Below are positions 10,119-18,730 of a DNA stretch of 64,000 nt, piece after piece (the first letter of the stretch is position 1; every line of letters begins with the position of its first letter). Source of the stretch: Dehalococcoidia bacterium (GTDB taxonomy: Bacteria; Chloroflexota; Dehalococcoidia; Lucifugimonadales; UBA3495). The DNA lies in assembly GCA_965261885.1 (NCBI GenBank), contig CBDHDY010000005.1, positions 7,350-71,349 on the forward strand, written 5' to 3'. Made by a program: the position numbers and the translations under genes. The notes beneath the pieces were generated by a model. It searched no databases. It was not told the origin of the DNA and saw nothing but the letters and a program-made list of their open reading frames with translations.

Positions 10119-10505
10119 CTAGCTCCATTCCAGGTCGCGCTTGCGCCACGCATAGGCCCAGCCGACCAGAAGGATACCCACAAAGACCGCCATTTCTATC
10201 AACGCGAACAGCTCAAGGCGCAGGAATTTAGTCGCCCATGGGTACAGGAATATCACTTCGACGTCGAAGATGACGAAGAGGATGGCGAACATGTAGTAGC
10301 GAAAATTGAAAAGGCTCCAGTGGCCGCCGATGGCCTCCATACCGCATTCGTAGGTCTCGGCCTTGACGATGCTGGGTTTGCGCGGCCGCAGGCCGATTCT
10401 CGAAGCCCCCCACGACATCAGCAGCATGCTGACCGGCACCGCCACGGCCACCACGCAGAAGATTGCGATCAGCCCATATTGCCTGAAGTAGTCGTCCAGA
10501 TACAT
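10119..10505 (-). CDS. nuoA: NADH-quinone oxidoreductase subunit A
   Basis: 128 aa with 3 TM segments. YECGMEAIG...FLYPW is typical of ND3/NuoA. It is the first gene of the operon. Confidence 0.88.
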   Translation of the reverse strand: MYLDDYFRQYGLIAIFCVVAVAVPVSMLLMSWGASRIGLRPRKPSIVKAETYECGMEAIGGHWSLFNFRYYMFAILFVIFDVEVIFLYPWATKFLRLELFALIEMAVFVGILLVGWAYAWRKRDLEWS

Positions 10506-10684
10506 CGGTGGGATTATATCAGAAAGTGGCCAAATGGCCGTATGTGTTTTGGGAAGGAATTACTCGTACTATCCGCCCGGAGTTGCAACGCAAAGCACGG
10601 GGTTTCCCTGGAACCGGCACGCTGAATCATGCAGTCGGAATGATAAGATAAGCTCCGTTATTTTAATCTTGTAAGGGGTCAGTT

Positions 10685-11905
10685 TTGACCGACGTAAATC
10701 AGGCACCCAGCAAAGGGCCGTTGACCGGGCTCCGTGTTCTGGACCTGTCAATGATAGTTGCAGGGGGCACGGCAAGCAGCCTAATGGCGGATTTCGGAGC
10801 CGAGGTGGTAAAGGTGGAGCGCCCCGGCGGAGGCGACCCGCTCCGCAATTGGGGCCCTTTCGCCAACGGTGTCTCGCTGTGGTGGAAGGTCCATTCCCGG
10901 AACAAGAAATCCATCACCCTGAACTTGAGCGATGTGGAGGGCCAGGGCATCCTCAAGGACCTGGCCGCCCGCGCCGACGTCCTGATCGAGGGCTTCCGGC
11001 CTGGCGTGATGGAGCGCTGGGGCCTCGGGCCCGACGACCTGCAGCATGTCAATCCGGGCCTCGTCATGCTGCGCTACTCCGGTTTCGGTCAGACCGGGCC
11101 GTACCGGGAACGCCCCGGATTCGGCACCATCGCCGAGTGCATGAGTGGTTACGTGGGAATGACCGGCTTCCAGGACACACCTCCCGTGCTGCCGCCCGTG
11201 CCATTGGCCGACGAGGTCGCCGGAGTATTCGGCGCAATGTCCGGAATGATGGCACTGTACCACCGGGACGTGGGAGGCGGCGGCAAGGGGCAGGTGGTGG
11301 ACGTATCGCTGTTCGAGCCGCTCTTCCGGCTATGCATCCCCCACATCACCATGTTTGACCTATTGGGCATCAACCGCGACCGTGTGGGCAACGACTTCCC
11401 CGACGCCGCACCGCGCAGTCTCTACCGCACCGGCGACGAACGCTGGCTGGGCCTGTCGGCCACGTCGCAGAGCACCTTCGAGGGCCTCGCCAAAGCTATG
11501 GGAATGCCTGATCTAATTGACCGTCCAGCCTTCGCGGACAACGCCTCCCGCATAGAAAACCGGGATGAGCTGAACGACGAGTTGAACGCCTGGCTCGGCG
11601 ACCGCACCGTGGACGAGACACTGGCTCAGCTCATACCGGCCGGCGGTGTTGTCGGGCCGGTCTACGGCGCGGCTGACATAGTTGCGGACCCGCACTACCA
11701 GGCCCGCGAGGATATCATCGAGATCGACGATCCTGAACTGGGACACACCCGGATGCTGGGCATCGTTCCCAAGTTCAGCGACACACCGGGAGCGGTGGAA
11801 CACGCCGGACCCACCGTCGGCCAGCACAACTCCGTAATCTACAGCGCTTGGTTGGGGCTGCACGATGCGGACCTGTCCGGCCTGCAAGAACGTGGCGTGA
11901 TATGA
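10685..11905 (+). CDS. family III CoA-transferase (CaiB/BaiF family)
   Basis: GPLTGLRVLDLSMIVAGGTASSLMADFGAEVVKVERPGGGDPLR is the hallmark N-terminus of the family. It has a TTG start with AAGGGG upstream. Confidence 0.85.
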   Translation: MTDVNQAPSKGPLTGLRVLDLSMIVAGGTASSLMADFGAEVVKVERPGGGDPLRNWGPFANGVSLWWKVHSRNKKSITLNLSDVEGQGILKDLAARADVLIEGFRPGVMERWGLGPDDLQHVNPGLVMLRYSGFGQTGPYRERPGFGTIAECMSGYVGMTGFQDTPPVLPPVPLADEVAGVFGAMSGMMALYHRDVGGGGKGQVVDVSLFEPLFRLCIPHITMFDLLGINRDRVGNDFPDAAPRSLYRTGDERWLGLSATSQSTFEGLAKAMGMPDLIDRPAFADNASRIENRDELNDELNAWLGDRTVDETLAQLIPAGGVVGPVYGAADIVADPHYQAREDIIEIDDPELGHTRMLGIVPKFSDTPGAVEHAGPTVGQHNSVIYSAWLGLHDADLSGLQERGVI

Positions 11906-12552
11906 CCGGACAGCCCACCCTGCTGGTAGCAACAGGCAACTCCGGAAAGCTGCGCGAGTACCAGGGCCTGTTGCGCGACGCGCCGTATCGGATAGTCTCG
12001 CTCAATGACGTAGGGATCACCGTCGAAGTGGAGGAGACCGGCGTGACCTTTGCCGAAAATGCCTGGCTCAAGGCATCCGGTTATGCCGCGATGAGCGGGC
12101 TGCTGACCCTCGCCGACGACTCCGGCCTCGAAGTGGATGCCCTCGGCGGCGAGCCGGGCGTACGCTCCGCCCGCTATGGCGGCGATGCATTTCGCACCGA
12201 CGCCGACAGGGTGGATCTGCTGCTCGCCAACCTGGACGGCGTGCCCTGGGATAAACGGACCGCCCGCTTCCGTTGCGTTATCAATGTTGCCCGCCCGACG
12301 GCTGACCATAGCGGCCAGCCGGACCTGCTGGTTTCGGTAGTTGGTTCCGTTGTCGGAATGGTACAATACGAGCCAGTCGGCGACGACGGCTTCGGCTACG
12401 ACCCGGTGGTCTATCTTCCCTCATTTGACCGTACCGTGGCCCAATTGTCACTGCAGGAAAAGAACCGTATCAGCCACCGAGGGTGCGCTGCTGGACGTGC
12501 CATATCCGCCTTGTCCAGGCTCCCTTCAAATTATTTTGAACCAATTCGATGA
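11902..12552 (+). CDS. rdgB: non-canonical purine NTP pyrophosphatase (RdgB/HAM1 family)
   Basis: LLVATGNSGKLREY, DDSGLEVDALGGEPGVRSARY and FGYDPVVYLP...EKNRISHR match the family. The ATG at 11902 overlaps the upstream stop (ATGA). The track ORF starts earlier, at 11848. Confidence 0.85.
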   Translation: MTGQPTLLVATGNSGKLREYQGLLRDAPYRIVSLNDVGITVEVEETGVTFAENAWLKASGYAAMSGLLTLADDSGLEVDALGGEPGVRSARYGGDAFRTDADRVDLLLANLDGVPWDKRTARFRCVINVARPTADHSGQPDLLVSVVGSVVGMVQYEPVGDDGFGYDPVVYLPSFDRTVAQLSLQEKNRISHRGCAAGRAISALSRLPSNYFEPIR

Positions 12553-12566
12553 GTCGCTCTTGAATT

Positions 12567-13589
12567 ATGTCCCTAAACGTAGTTGACACAATGGGCAGGT
12601 CCATGCACGACCTGCGCATCTCGGTAACCGACCGCTGCAACTTCCGGTGCCCCTACTGCATGCCCGCCGAGATCTTCGGGGAGGCCTACGAGTTCCTGCC
12701 TCGGGAAGAAATCCTGACCTTTGAAGAGATCGCCAGGTTGACCCGGCTGTTTTCCGAATTCGGCGTCACCAAAGCGCGCATCACCGGCGGCGAACCTCTG
12801 CTCCGGACCGAGCTGCCAGAGTTGATCTCCCAGATCGCAGCCATAGACAACATAGCGGATGTCACCCTCACCACCAACGGCTACCTGCTTGCCCAGCAGG
12901 CTCAGGGCTTGAAGGACGCAGGCCTGCATCGCATCACCGTGAGCCTCGACAGCATCGACGACGAGGTATTCAAGACAATGAATGGCAGGGGCTTTGGTGC
13001 CCGCCGCGTTCTGCACGCCATCGAAAGCGCCGCCGAAGTGGGCCTCGATCCCATCAAGATCAACGCAGTGGTACAGCGGGGCGTCAACGACCACACCATT
13101 GTCGACCTGGCCCGGCACTTCAAGGGCACCGGCCACATCGTCCGCTTCATAGAGTACATGGATGTGGGCAACCGCAACGGTTGGAAGTTGGACGAGGTGG
13201 TTTCCGCCGAGGAAATCATCGCCCGCATCGATGCCGAATTGCCCCTCGAGCCAGCGCCCAGCAACTACTCGGGCGAGGTGGCGGAACGGTACCTGTACAA
13301 GGACGGCAGTGGAGAGATCGGCGTGATCGCCTCCGTTACCCGTCCCTTCTGCGGGGCCTGCACGCGCCTGCGCCTTTCCACCGACGGGCAGATATTTACC
13401 TGCCTCTTCGCCAACCGCGGCACCAGCCTTCGCGACCCCATGCGCGGTGGTGCCACCGACGACGAATTGCGCCAGCTGATCTCAGGCATCTGGACCCGCC
13501 GCACTGATCGCTACTCAGAGGAGCGCTTCGCAGCCACTCCCGACATGCCCCGACCCGCCAAGGTTGAGATGTACCAGATCGGCGGGTAG
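12567..13589 (+). CDS. moaA: GTP 3',8-cyclase, radical SAM (molybdenum cofactor biosynthesis A)
   Basis: LRISVTDRCNFRCPYCMP (CxxxCxxC), ITGGEPLLR and the C-terminal CGACTRLRLSTDG cluster match MoaA. Confidence 0.92.
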   Translation: MSLNVVDTMGRSMHDLRISVTDRCNFRCPYCMPAEIFGEAYEFLPREEILTFEEIARLTRLFSEFGVTKARITGGEPLLRTELPELISQIAAIDNIADVTLTTNGYLLAQQAQGLKDAGLHRITVSLDSIDDEVFKTMNGRGFGARRVLHAIESAAEVGLDPIKINAVVQRGVNDHTIVDLARHFKGTGHIVRFIEYMDVGNRNGWKLDEVVSAEEIIARIDAELPLEPAPSNYSGEVAERYLYKDGSGEIGVIASVTRPFCGACTRLRLSTDGQIFTCLFANRGTSLRDPMRGGATDDELRQLISGIWTRRTDRYSEERFAATPDMPRPAKVEMYQIGG

Positions 13590-13905
13590 GCTCCACGAGG
13601 GTCTTCGGAGGGCCGATGACTTTCAGGGACGTTTGGTACGCCTTTCTGAAATCCAGTTGGACCACATACTTGAGCGGCACTCAGAAATGATCGGCATGGA
13701 GTGGGCGATTGGTGAAACTCTCGAAGCTCCGGCATCAATTTTGCCCTCGGTCTCCGATCCCGAAAACGTGTTTGAGTATTTCCGCTGGTTCCCCAACACT
13801 AGCAGGGGTGAGAAATACGTCAGAGTCGTTGTGAAAATGGGACAACTGGATGCCTTTGTGCTTACAGCCCATCTATGTAGACGCATCCCTAGGCGAGGTG
13901 AATAA
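13564..13905 (+). CDS. small toxin-like protein of the family usually paired with DUF2283 (start uncertain)
   Basis: Pattern HILERHSEM...KYVRVVVK...FVLTAH...RRG matches my memory of small BECR-like toxin-type proteins. I cannot name the Pfam family with certainty. The track start overlaps the moaA end, and the TTG at 13633 is an alternative. Its stop overlaps the next ATG (TAATG). Confidence 0.45.
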   Translation: MRCTRSAGRLHEGLRRADDFQGRLVRLSEIQLDHILERHSEMIGMEWAIGETLEAPASILPSVSDPENVFEYFRWFPNTSRGEKYVRVVVKMGQLDAFVLTAHLCRRIPRRGE

Positions 13906-14168
13906 TGGAGCCCAGAAGCGTCAAGATCTGGTATGACCCAGAAGGCGATTTCCTCGAAGTAATCTGGAAAATCAAGCCCGGGGAGTTCGTCGATACCGTC
14001 GATGGTAACGCTTTTGTCAAGGTTGACGATGACGGCAATCTTCTGGGCTTCCAGATCATCTCACCCAGCAGAATGTCCGGTCCTTTGTGCGTTACATTTG
14101 ACATCGACGACCCGGACGTGGAGCAGTGCCAGTGCCGAAAAGCAACGACTCCTCCCTCAGACACGTGA
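13905..14168 (+). CDS. DUF2283-like small protein (putative antitoxin partner)
   Basis: 87 aa. VKIWYDPEGDFLEVIW...VDDDGNLLGFQI resembles the DUF2283 pattern YD.E.D.L.I...D..G.++G.EI. Its stop TGA overlaps a GTG at 14165. Confidence 0.5.
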   Translation: MEPRSVKIWYDPEGDFLEVIWKIKPGEFVDTVDGNAFVKVDDDGNLLGFQIISPSRMSGPLCVTFDIDDPDVEQCQCRKATTPPSDT

Positions 14169-14635
14169 CAATCCACACCGACGGCTCATGTCTGGGCAAC
14201 CCCGGGCCTGGAGGGTATGCTGCCATTCTCGAGTTTCGGGGACAGGAAAAGGAGCTTTCGGGCGGCTTCCGGCGTACCACCAACAATCGCATGGAAATCC
14301 TGGCCGTAATCGCAGGCCTCGAGACCCTCAGCGAACCCTGCTCTGTCACCGTGTTCAGTGATTCCCGGTACGTCGTGGACGCGGTGGAAAAGGGCTGGGC
14401 CAATCGGTGGAAGGCAAATGGCTGGATGCGTAACAAGCGCGAACCTGCCGTCAATCCTGACCTATGGGACCGGCTCCTCGCCCTCTTGGGCAAGCACAGC
14501 GTCGAGCTCAAGTGGGTGCGCGGACATGCCGGAAACGCGGGCAACACGAGGGCCGACAGGCTCGCAGTTGCCGCCGCCAAAGGCGGTAACCTGGCGCGAG
14601 ACGAGGGATTCGAAAGTCCCCCAAAGGTAATGTAA
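14126..14635 (+). CDS. rnhA: ribonuclease HI
   Basis: [43 protein letters not shown] and [19 protein letters not shown] match RNase HI. The likely true start is the GTG at 14165, which forms a GTGA overlap with the upstream gene. Confidence 0.9.
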   Translation: MPVPKSNDSSLRHVTIHTDGSCLGNPGPGGYAAILEFRGQEKELSGGFRRTTNNRMEILAVIAGLETLSEPCSVTVFSDSRYVVDAVEKGWANRWKANGWMRNKREPAVNPDLWDRLLALLGKHSVELKWVRGHAGNAGNTRADRLAVAAAKGGNLARDEGFESPPKVM

Positions 14636-15138
14636 TGACTACGCCATCAGAACAGCAGTCGCTGACTCATCTTGACGAGCAGGGCCGGGCCCGCATGGTT
14701 GACGTCGGTGATAAGGATATTACGCACCGCGTCGCAGTCGCCCGGGGGCACGTCTCCATCCAGCCTGAAACAGCGCGCCTGATCCGAGATGGGCTGATGA
14801 AAAAGGGCGACGTCCTCACCATCGCCCAGGTCGCTGGCATCATGGGATCCAAGAAGACTTCCGAGCTCATCCCTCTCTGCCACCCCCTGCCTCTGGACAA
14901 GGTGGACGTTGACCTGGAATTGGACGAGGAACGCAGCCGGGTAAATATCACTGCCACGGCCAGCACCACCGCACGCACCGGCGTCGAAATGGAGGCCATG
15001 ACCGCCGTATCAGTCGCCGCTCTCACCCTCTACGACATGTGCAAGGCCGTCGACCGCGGCATCCGCATTGAGGGCCTGCGCCTCGTAAGCAAGCGCGGCG
15101 GACGCAGCGGCGATATCCTGCTGGAAGACGAGGACTAG
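14635..15138 (+). CDS. moaC: cyclic pyranopterin monophosphate synthase
   Basis: [36 protein letters not shown] and [24 protein letters not shown] match MoaC. Its start overlaps the rnhA stop (TAATG). Confidence 0.92.
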   Translation: MTTPSEQQSLTHLDEQGRARMVDVGDKDITHRVAVARGHVSIQPETARLIRDGLMKKGDVLTIAQVAGIMGSKKTSELIPLCHPLPLDKVDVDLELDEERSRVNITATASTTARTGVEMEAMTAVSVAALTLYDMCKAVDRGIRIEGLRLVSKRGGRSGDILLEDED

Positions 15139-15147
15139 GAGAGGGTT

Positions 15148-15504
15148 GTGGGCGCACTACATGTAACGATTGAAGTTGGGGATATGCGGGGAGAGAGGTT
15201 CGAACCAGTCGAGGTTATGGTGGGCACAGGGGCCACCTTCACTACTGTTCCGGCGAAAGTCCTCAGATCGTTGGGCGTCTCGCCGCACCGCACAATGCCT
15301 GCTCGTCTCGCCGACGGAACGATAATCGAAGACGAGGTCTGCGACACAGTTATTCGACTGGAAGGTCAGACGTTTTATACGCCCGTGACGTTTGGGAAGG
15401 AGGGAGAGCCCAATCTGCTAGGTGTAGTGGCATTGGGAACAGCATTGCTGGCCGTCGACCCCGTGGACCAGCGTCTCGTACCAACCATTGCGTGGAAAGC
15501 CTAG
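15148..15504 (+). CDS. retropepsin-like (clan AA) aspartyl-protease homologue with the catalytic Asp position occupied by Gly
   Basis: 118 aa. VEVMVGTGATFTTVP aligns to the hhhDTGAs motif of bacterial retropepsin-like proteins. The codon there is GGC (Gly), not GAC (Asp). Confidence 0.5.
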   Translation: MGALHVTIEVGDMRGERFEPVEVMVGTGATFTTVPAKVLRSLGVSPHRTMPARLADGTIIEDEVCDTVIRLEGQTFYTPVTFGKEGEPNLLGVVALGTALLAVDPVDQRLVPTIAWKA

Positions 15505-15875
15505 CCACGGCCCCTCTCCTCCAATTCTCGCGCCATCAATTGCAGGGCCTCTGAGGCGAAGTGTATGTAGTCCTCGGCGGACAGTTCCAGCGGTTTGTAC
15601 TGGTCCACCTGGTCCACATCGGCGGGGCCGGACGGCCCCGGAATGACCTCAAGCTCCAGCTCGCAGATATCCCCGTCTGGCAACACCACAACACAGCCCC
15701 ATTCATTCCTGTCATCTTCCGGCGGCTCCAGTTCAATAGCCTGGAGCGATGTCATTCCCATGAAAGGAGGGAAGGGACACAGCAGTGATGCCATTTCCAC
15801 AACGGCATCCCGGAGTTGCGCGGCAGTCTGCTCCAACAATTCACACGGTTGTCGCCTCACGTCAGACATCGGCAC
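15501..15875 (-). CDS. hypothetical acidic protein
   Basis: 124-aa ORF convergent with the upstream operon. I recognise no motif. Its composition is coding-like. Confidence 0.35.
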   Translation of the reverse strand: MPMSDVRRQPCELLEQTAAQLRDAVVEMASLLCPFPPFMGMTSLQAIELEPPEDDRNEWGCVVVLPDGDICELELEVIPGPSGPADVDQVDQYKPLELSAEDYIHFASEALQLMARELEERGRG

Positions 15876-16188
15876 TCATTCTTGCTCCGTGCATGGGCAT
15901 GCCTCCAACATCTTCTTTGACACTCGCCTACTTCGGGACTCGAGTTTGTGAGCGGAATCATCGTTGTGTAGGGCGCCGGTGTGGATTTTGACGCACTAGC
16001 CGGGCCTGTCATTGCTGTGGTGGAATTCGATTTGGGAATTCGACTTGCAGGATAGCTACATTATGGCTATTGCCTGCGGCATCGTCGCCCCAGTCTTGGC
16101 GGCCATCTGCGTACTGCCTGCCGAGGTACTTGAACACTGGCGCCGACGGCATTCCCACTTAGCGGAATCAACAAATTGTCGAAGACGA

Positions 16189-16830
16189 TCAATTGCCGCT
16201 GGGAGTAAACGGCGCATCCACAAGGCTGTGAAGCATTGTCCGAAAAGCACCTCTGTCTCTTCCCGGCAGTTTAGCCGCTTCAATCATTGCAACTACCAGT
16301 CTCCCGAGATCGCCAGATAAATCCCCCGCTCCTAAATTCATTTTGAATTTGGTTAAGGCAGAAACTACTTTTTCGTTCCCCGCGAACACAACCAACGCCT
16401 CATTTAACGCAATGAAGGGTTCACCCTGCTTTCCTGCGAACCTGGGAGTCAGCCTATACGCATTGCCAACTAGGCGGCGAAGGACATCCCGTTTGGCGGC
16501 CAGCCTGTCTTCGCGCCATCTTACGTAGGTGAGGTAGCTGAGGAACGTAGAGGCCCCAAGTGAAGCAGCACCGACTACGAGAGCGATAATTGCAATCATC
16601 CTCACGCTCACAGTATTCCCTTGCAGATTTCGCGCAGCGGAGAATCCGATCAGCGCGTTCACGGTGTACGGTTCCAGACACTTGCTGTAGAAGTACGGCT
16701 TTCTCGCTGACCAGAGGGAAATTGAAGTTTTCCCACCGAATATAGCAATTGACACCGCCGACAGCCCAAGAATAACATTGATGTACCGGGTTGCATCCTG
16801 GCGGCTGGCCGGATGGCCCCTCGGTGGCAA
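16189..16830 (-). CDS. hypothetical membrane protein (start uncertain)
   Basis: 213 aa with 2-3 TM segments in the N-terminal half. The track start (TTG) overlaps the tRNA by 5 nt, so the true start is probably further inside. Confidence 0.4.
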   Translation of the reverse strand: MPPRGHPASRQDATRYINVILGLSAVSIAIFGGKTSISLWSARKPYFYSKCLEPYTVNALIGFSAARNLQGNTVSVRMIAIIALVVGAASLGASTFLSYLTYVRWREDRLAAKRDVLRRLVGNAYRLTPRFAGKQGEPFIALNEALVVFAGNEKVVSALTKFKMNLGAGDLSGDLGRLVVAMIEAAKLPGRDRGAFRTMLHSLVDAPFTPSGN

Positions 16831-16900
16831 CGTAGCTCAGCGGCAGAGCGGGCGCTTCATAAGCGCTAGGTCACTGGTTCGAGCCCAGTCGTTGCCACCA
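16826..16900 (+). tRNA. tRNA-Met (anticodon CAT); elongator-type, or possibly Ile2/lysidine
   Basis: Manual cloverleaf: acceptor GGCAACG/CGTTGCC, D arm GCTC-AGCGGCA-GAGC, anticodon arm GGCGC-TTCATAA-GCGCT, variable AGGTC, T arm ACTGG-TTCGAGC-CCAGT, discriminator A, encoded CCA. The G1-C72 pair argues against an initiator. Confidence 0.9.
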
Positions 16901-16903
16901 CCC
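16882..16903 (+). repeat. attL-like direct repeat (tRNA-Met 3' end)
   Basis: AGCCCAGTCGTTGCCACCACCC is identical to 41848-41869. Confidence 0.85.
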
Positions 16904-17166
16904 ACAGAAACAATACAAGCCAAAATCGAGCTGTGCTCCACTTCCGTTACCACTTTCGCGCCCACCTCTTCGTTTTCCTAGACCGGCGATTTCTCAATAT
17001 GAGGCCGCTTTTCAGTTTGCCCAAGGGAGGTTCTGTTGATTGGGAACGATCAAAGCGTAGAAAACCTGCCGTATCTGGTTCACCAAAGCGACTGCGTTTG
17101 GTGCCAGGGTGGCAAGAAAGGCAATCGTCCACTTCACCCAACCCTTGTTCTTGTCCCACCACCAAA

Positions 17167-17309
17167 TATTACAACGACGCTTCCACAATCTAGTCAGTTT
17201 TGGCCGGAAATCGCTTCGAGGAAAGCAAGGCCACAAACCTGTCAAGCGCGTGAGCAGGTCGCCCTGAAGCGGTGCTCAAGGCCCTTTTCTTGCGAACCGT
17301 CGTTGTGAT
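17167..17309. mobile_element. MITE of about 139 bp plus flanking TA, with TIR TTACAACGACGC / TCACAACGACGG (family 2)
   Basis: Inverted termini at 17169-17180 and 17296-17307 are flanked by TA. The interior (TTTTGGCCGG...GCAAGGCCACAAACCTGTCAAGCGCGTG...GCTCAAGGCCC) is colinear with the split copy at 32119-34791. Confidence 0.7.
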
Positions 17310-17359
17310 ACTGGGACAGGACCGGGGAATGTCTGGCGGGAAACGGATCGGGGCCACTC

Positions 17360-17464
17360 CAGCGCTGACCCGGAACAGGTAGAGCAGTATTGGCGGATGG
17401 CCGAGAAGAGCTCTGGGCTGCGCCACATGGCAGGGTGATGACCTGCCTTCCGGCGGCGGTGTGG
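17360..17464. repeat. 105-bp dispersed repeat, copy 1
   Basis: AGCGCTGACCCGGAACAGGTAGAGCAG...GGCGGATGGCCGAGAAGAGCTCTGGGCTGCGCCACATGGCAGGGTGATGACCTGCCTTCCGGCGGCGGTGTGG matches 27008-27111 with about 7 mismatches. Confidence 0.8.
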
Positions 17465-17700
17465 GCTGTGAGCGACTTGGTCAGGTCGAAGTCCGAGGTC
17501 ATTCTGGCCCAGGAATCACTGTAGTGCTGGGCCTCGAACCAACTGGCCCACTCGCAGGAGTTCCCTCTGACAGGAGTCCAGGCAGCCTGGTGCCCCAGAT
17601 GTATGGGGGGATTGGGATAGAGCAGGGCCATACTCCGCTTCCCGTTGCGCTTCTTTCCAGTGTTGACCATCTCCAGTCTATCTGGGCGTCGCACCGTTCA

Positions 17701-17751
17701 TCAACGGCCTGCTGTCAGCAATTGTGAGTACTGCTGACAGCAGGCCGTTGA
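17701..17751. repeat. perfect 20-bp inverted repeat with 11-nt spacer
   Basis: TCAACGGCCTGCTGTCAGCA-attgtgagtac-TGCTGACAGCAGGCCGTTGA. Confidence 0.9.
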
Positions 17752-17996
17752 CCTTGCCGGTGATGCTTGGATCAGCTGGTATTGAGCTTGGGGAAGACGC
17801 GAGAGTTCAGTCAGTGTCGGTGTCTTGCTCCTTCAGAGTCAAGGGCCAGGTCATACCCGCAGGGTTCGCGGATCCGGTCCCGCAGAACATTCCGGTCGGC
17901 CTCCAGCATCCAGCTGCCGCCACATGGCCGGCACGTCGCCGATGGGGTCGACGACGATCTCCTCGCACCCGCAACCGGAGTACTGGTCGATTCGAT

Positions 17997-18326
17997 TCAG
18001 GTCGCTCCGGGAATCGTGCCTCCAGCCAGCGTCGTGCGCGACGATTGACTGGACCTCTCCGCCAAGAAATGCCTCTCCACCTTCAGCTGGCCGATCTCCT
18101 GGTACAATCGGGCAATCAGGGCGGCATCGTTCCTGGACCTCTGGTCCGTGCCGTTGCCGAAGACGACGGAGGCGCCCTCGGTGAGTGCTTTCTTCCAGGC
18201 CCATACCCGGGCCGGGTGGACTTCATACCTAGCAGCCAGTTAGGCCACCGTTTCCTGCCCCTTCAGTGCCTCATGAGCCACCTTGGCATTGAAAGCTGGG
18301 CTGTGATTCCTGCGTCCTTGCGACAT
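17997..18326 (-). pseudogene. IS3-family orfA (HTH transposase) remnant with an in-frame stop
   Basis: Manual translation: MSQGRRNHSPAFNAKVAHEALKGQETVA*LAARYEVHPARVWAWKKALTEGASVVFGNG...IARLYQEIGQLKVERHFLAERS, the IS3/IS911 OrfA pattern. A TAA lies at 18242-18240. No intact orfB follows. Confidence 0.8.
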
Positions 18327-18730
18327 TTTCTGCTCCCTCCGTCAGCAACAGCTGCCCTCAGTTTAGGAGTGGGACTCTAACTTGGCTAACTGTCCGAAAG
18401 CCCGGGTCTACCTCAGTCCCGGCTTGTAATCGTCCAGTGGCGTCGGTAGGATAATCGAGCGGTGCACTCAATTCGGACGGTAGTGTCTGGGTGACATCCA
18501 CACCCGTTGGCCACCCGAACCACGAGGCTCGTGCGCGTGCTATCCACTCGATGTTACCCGTAGTGGTTCGTGAGGTACGCGAAATCTTTGGTCCATAAAG
18601 CTTTATGCTTACCTTGTATTGGTCCAGGAAACGCGCGCAAGCCGCGAGTGGGCGTACAGTTCGCGCAAGCCATGCGACCATGCCCAATTGCGGCCGCGGC
18701 CGGCCCCGCATTATCGACGAAAGGTACCTG

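Noticed and set aside
9437-10183. Extended nuoB ORF starting at 10183.
   Set aside because: It would overlap nuoA by 65 nt, and the extra residues are not NuoB-like. The ATG at 10108 follows the nuoA stop by 10 nt.
12480-12570. Possible Moco riboswitch upstream of moaA.
   Set aside because: Only 14 nt separate rdgB and moaA, and I could not see the conserved Moco-motif helices. The region is coding.
16022-16047. Tandem GGAATTCGA(T/C)TTG repeated twice.
   Set aside because: There are only two short copies in an intergenic stretch. That is insufficient to call a regulatory site or array.
17242-17694. A 150-aa minus-strand ORF downstream of the IS3 orfA remnant, considered as a possible orfB or methyltransferase (NPPI) fragment.
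   Set aside because: It has no rve/DDE motifs, and NPPI alone is not evidence. It overlaps the 105-bp repeat and is most likely non-functional debris.
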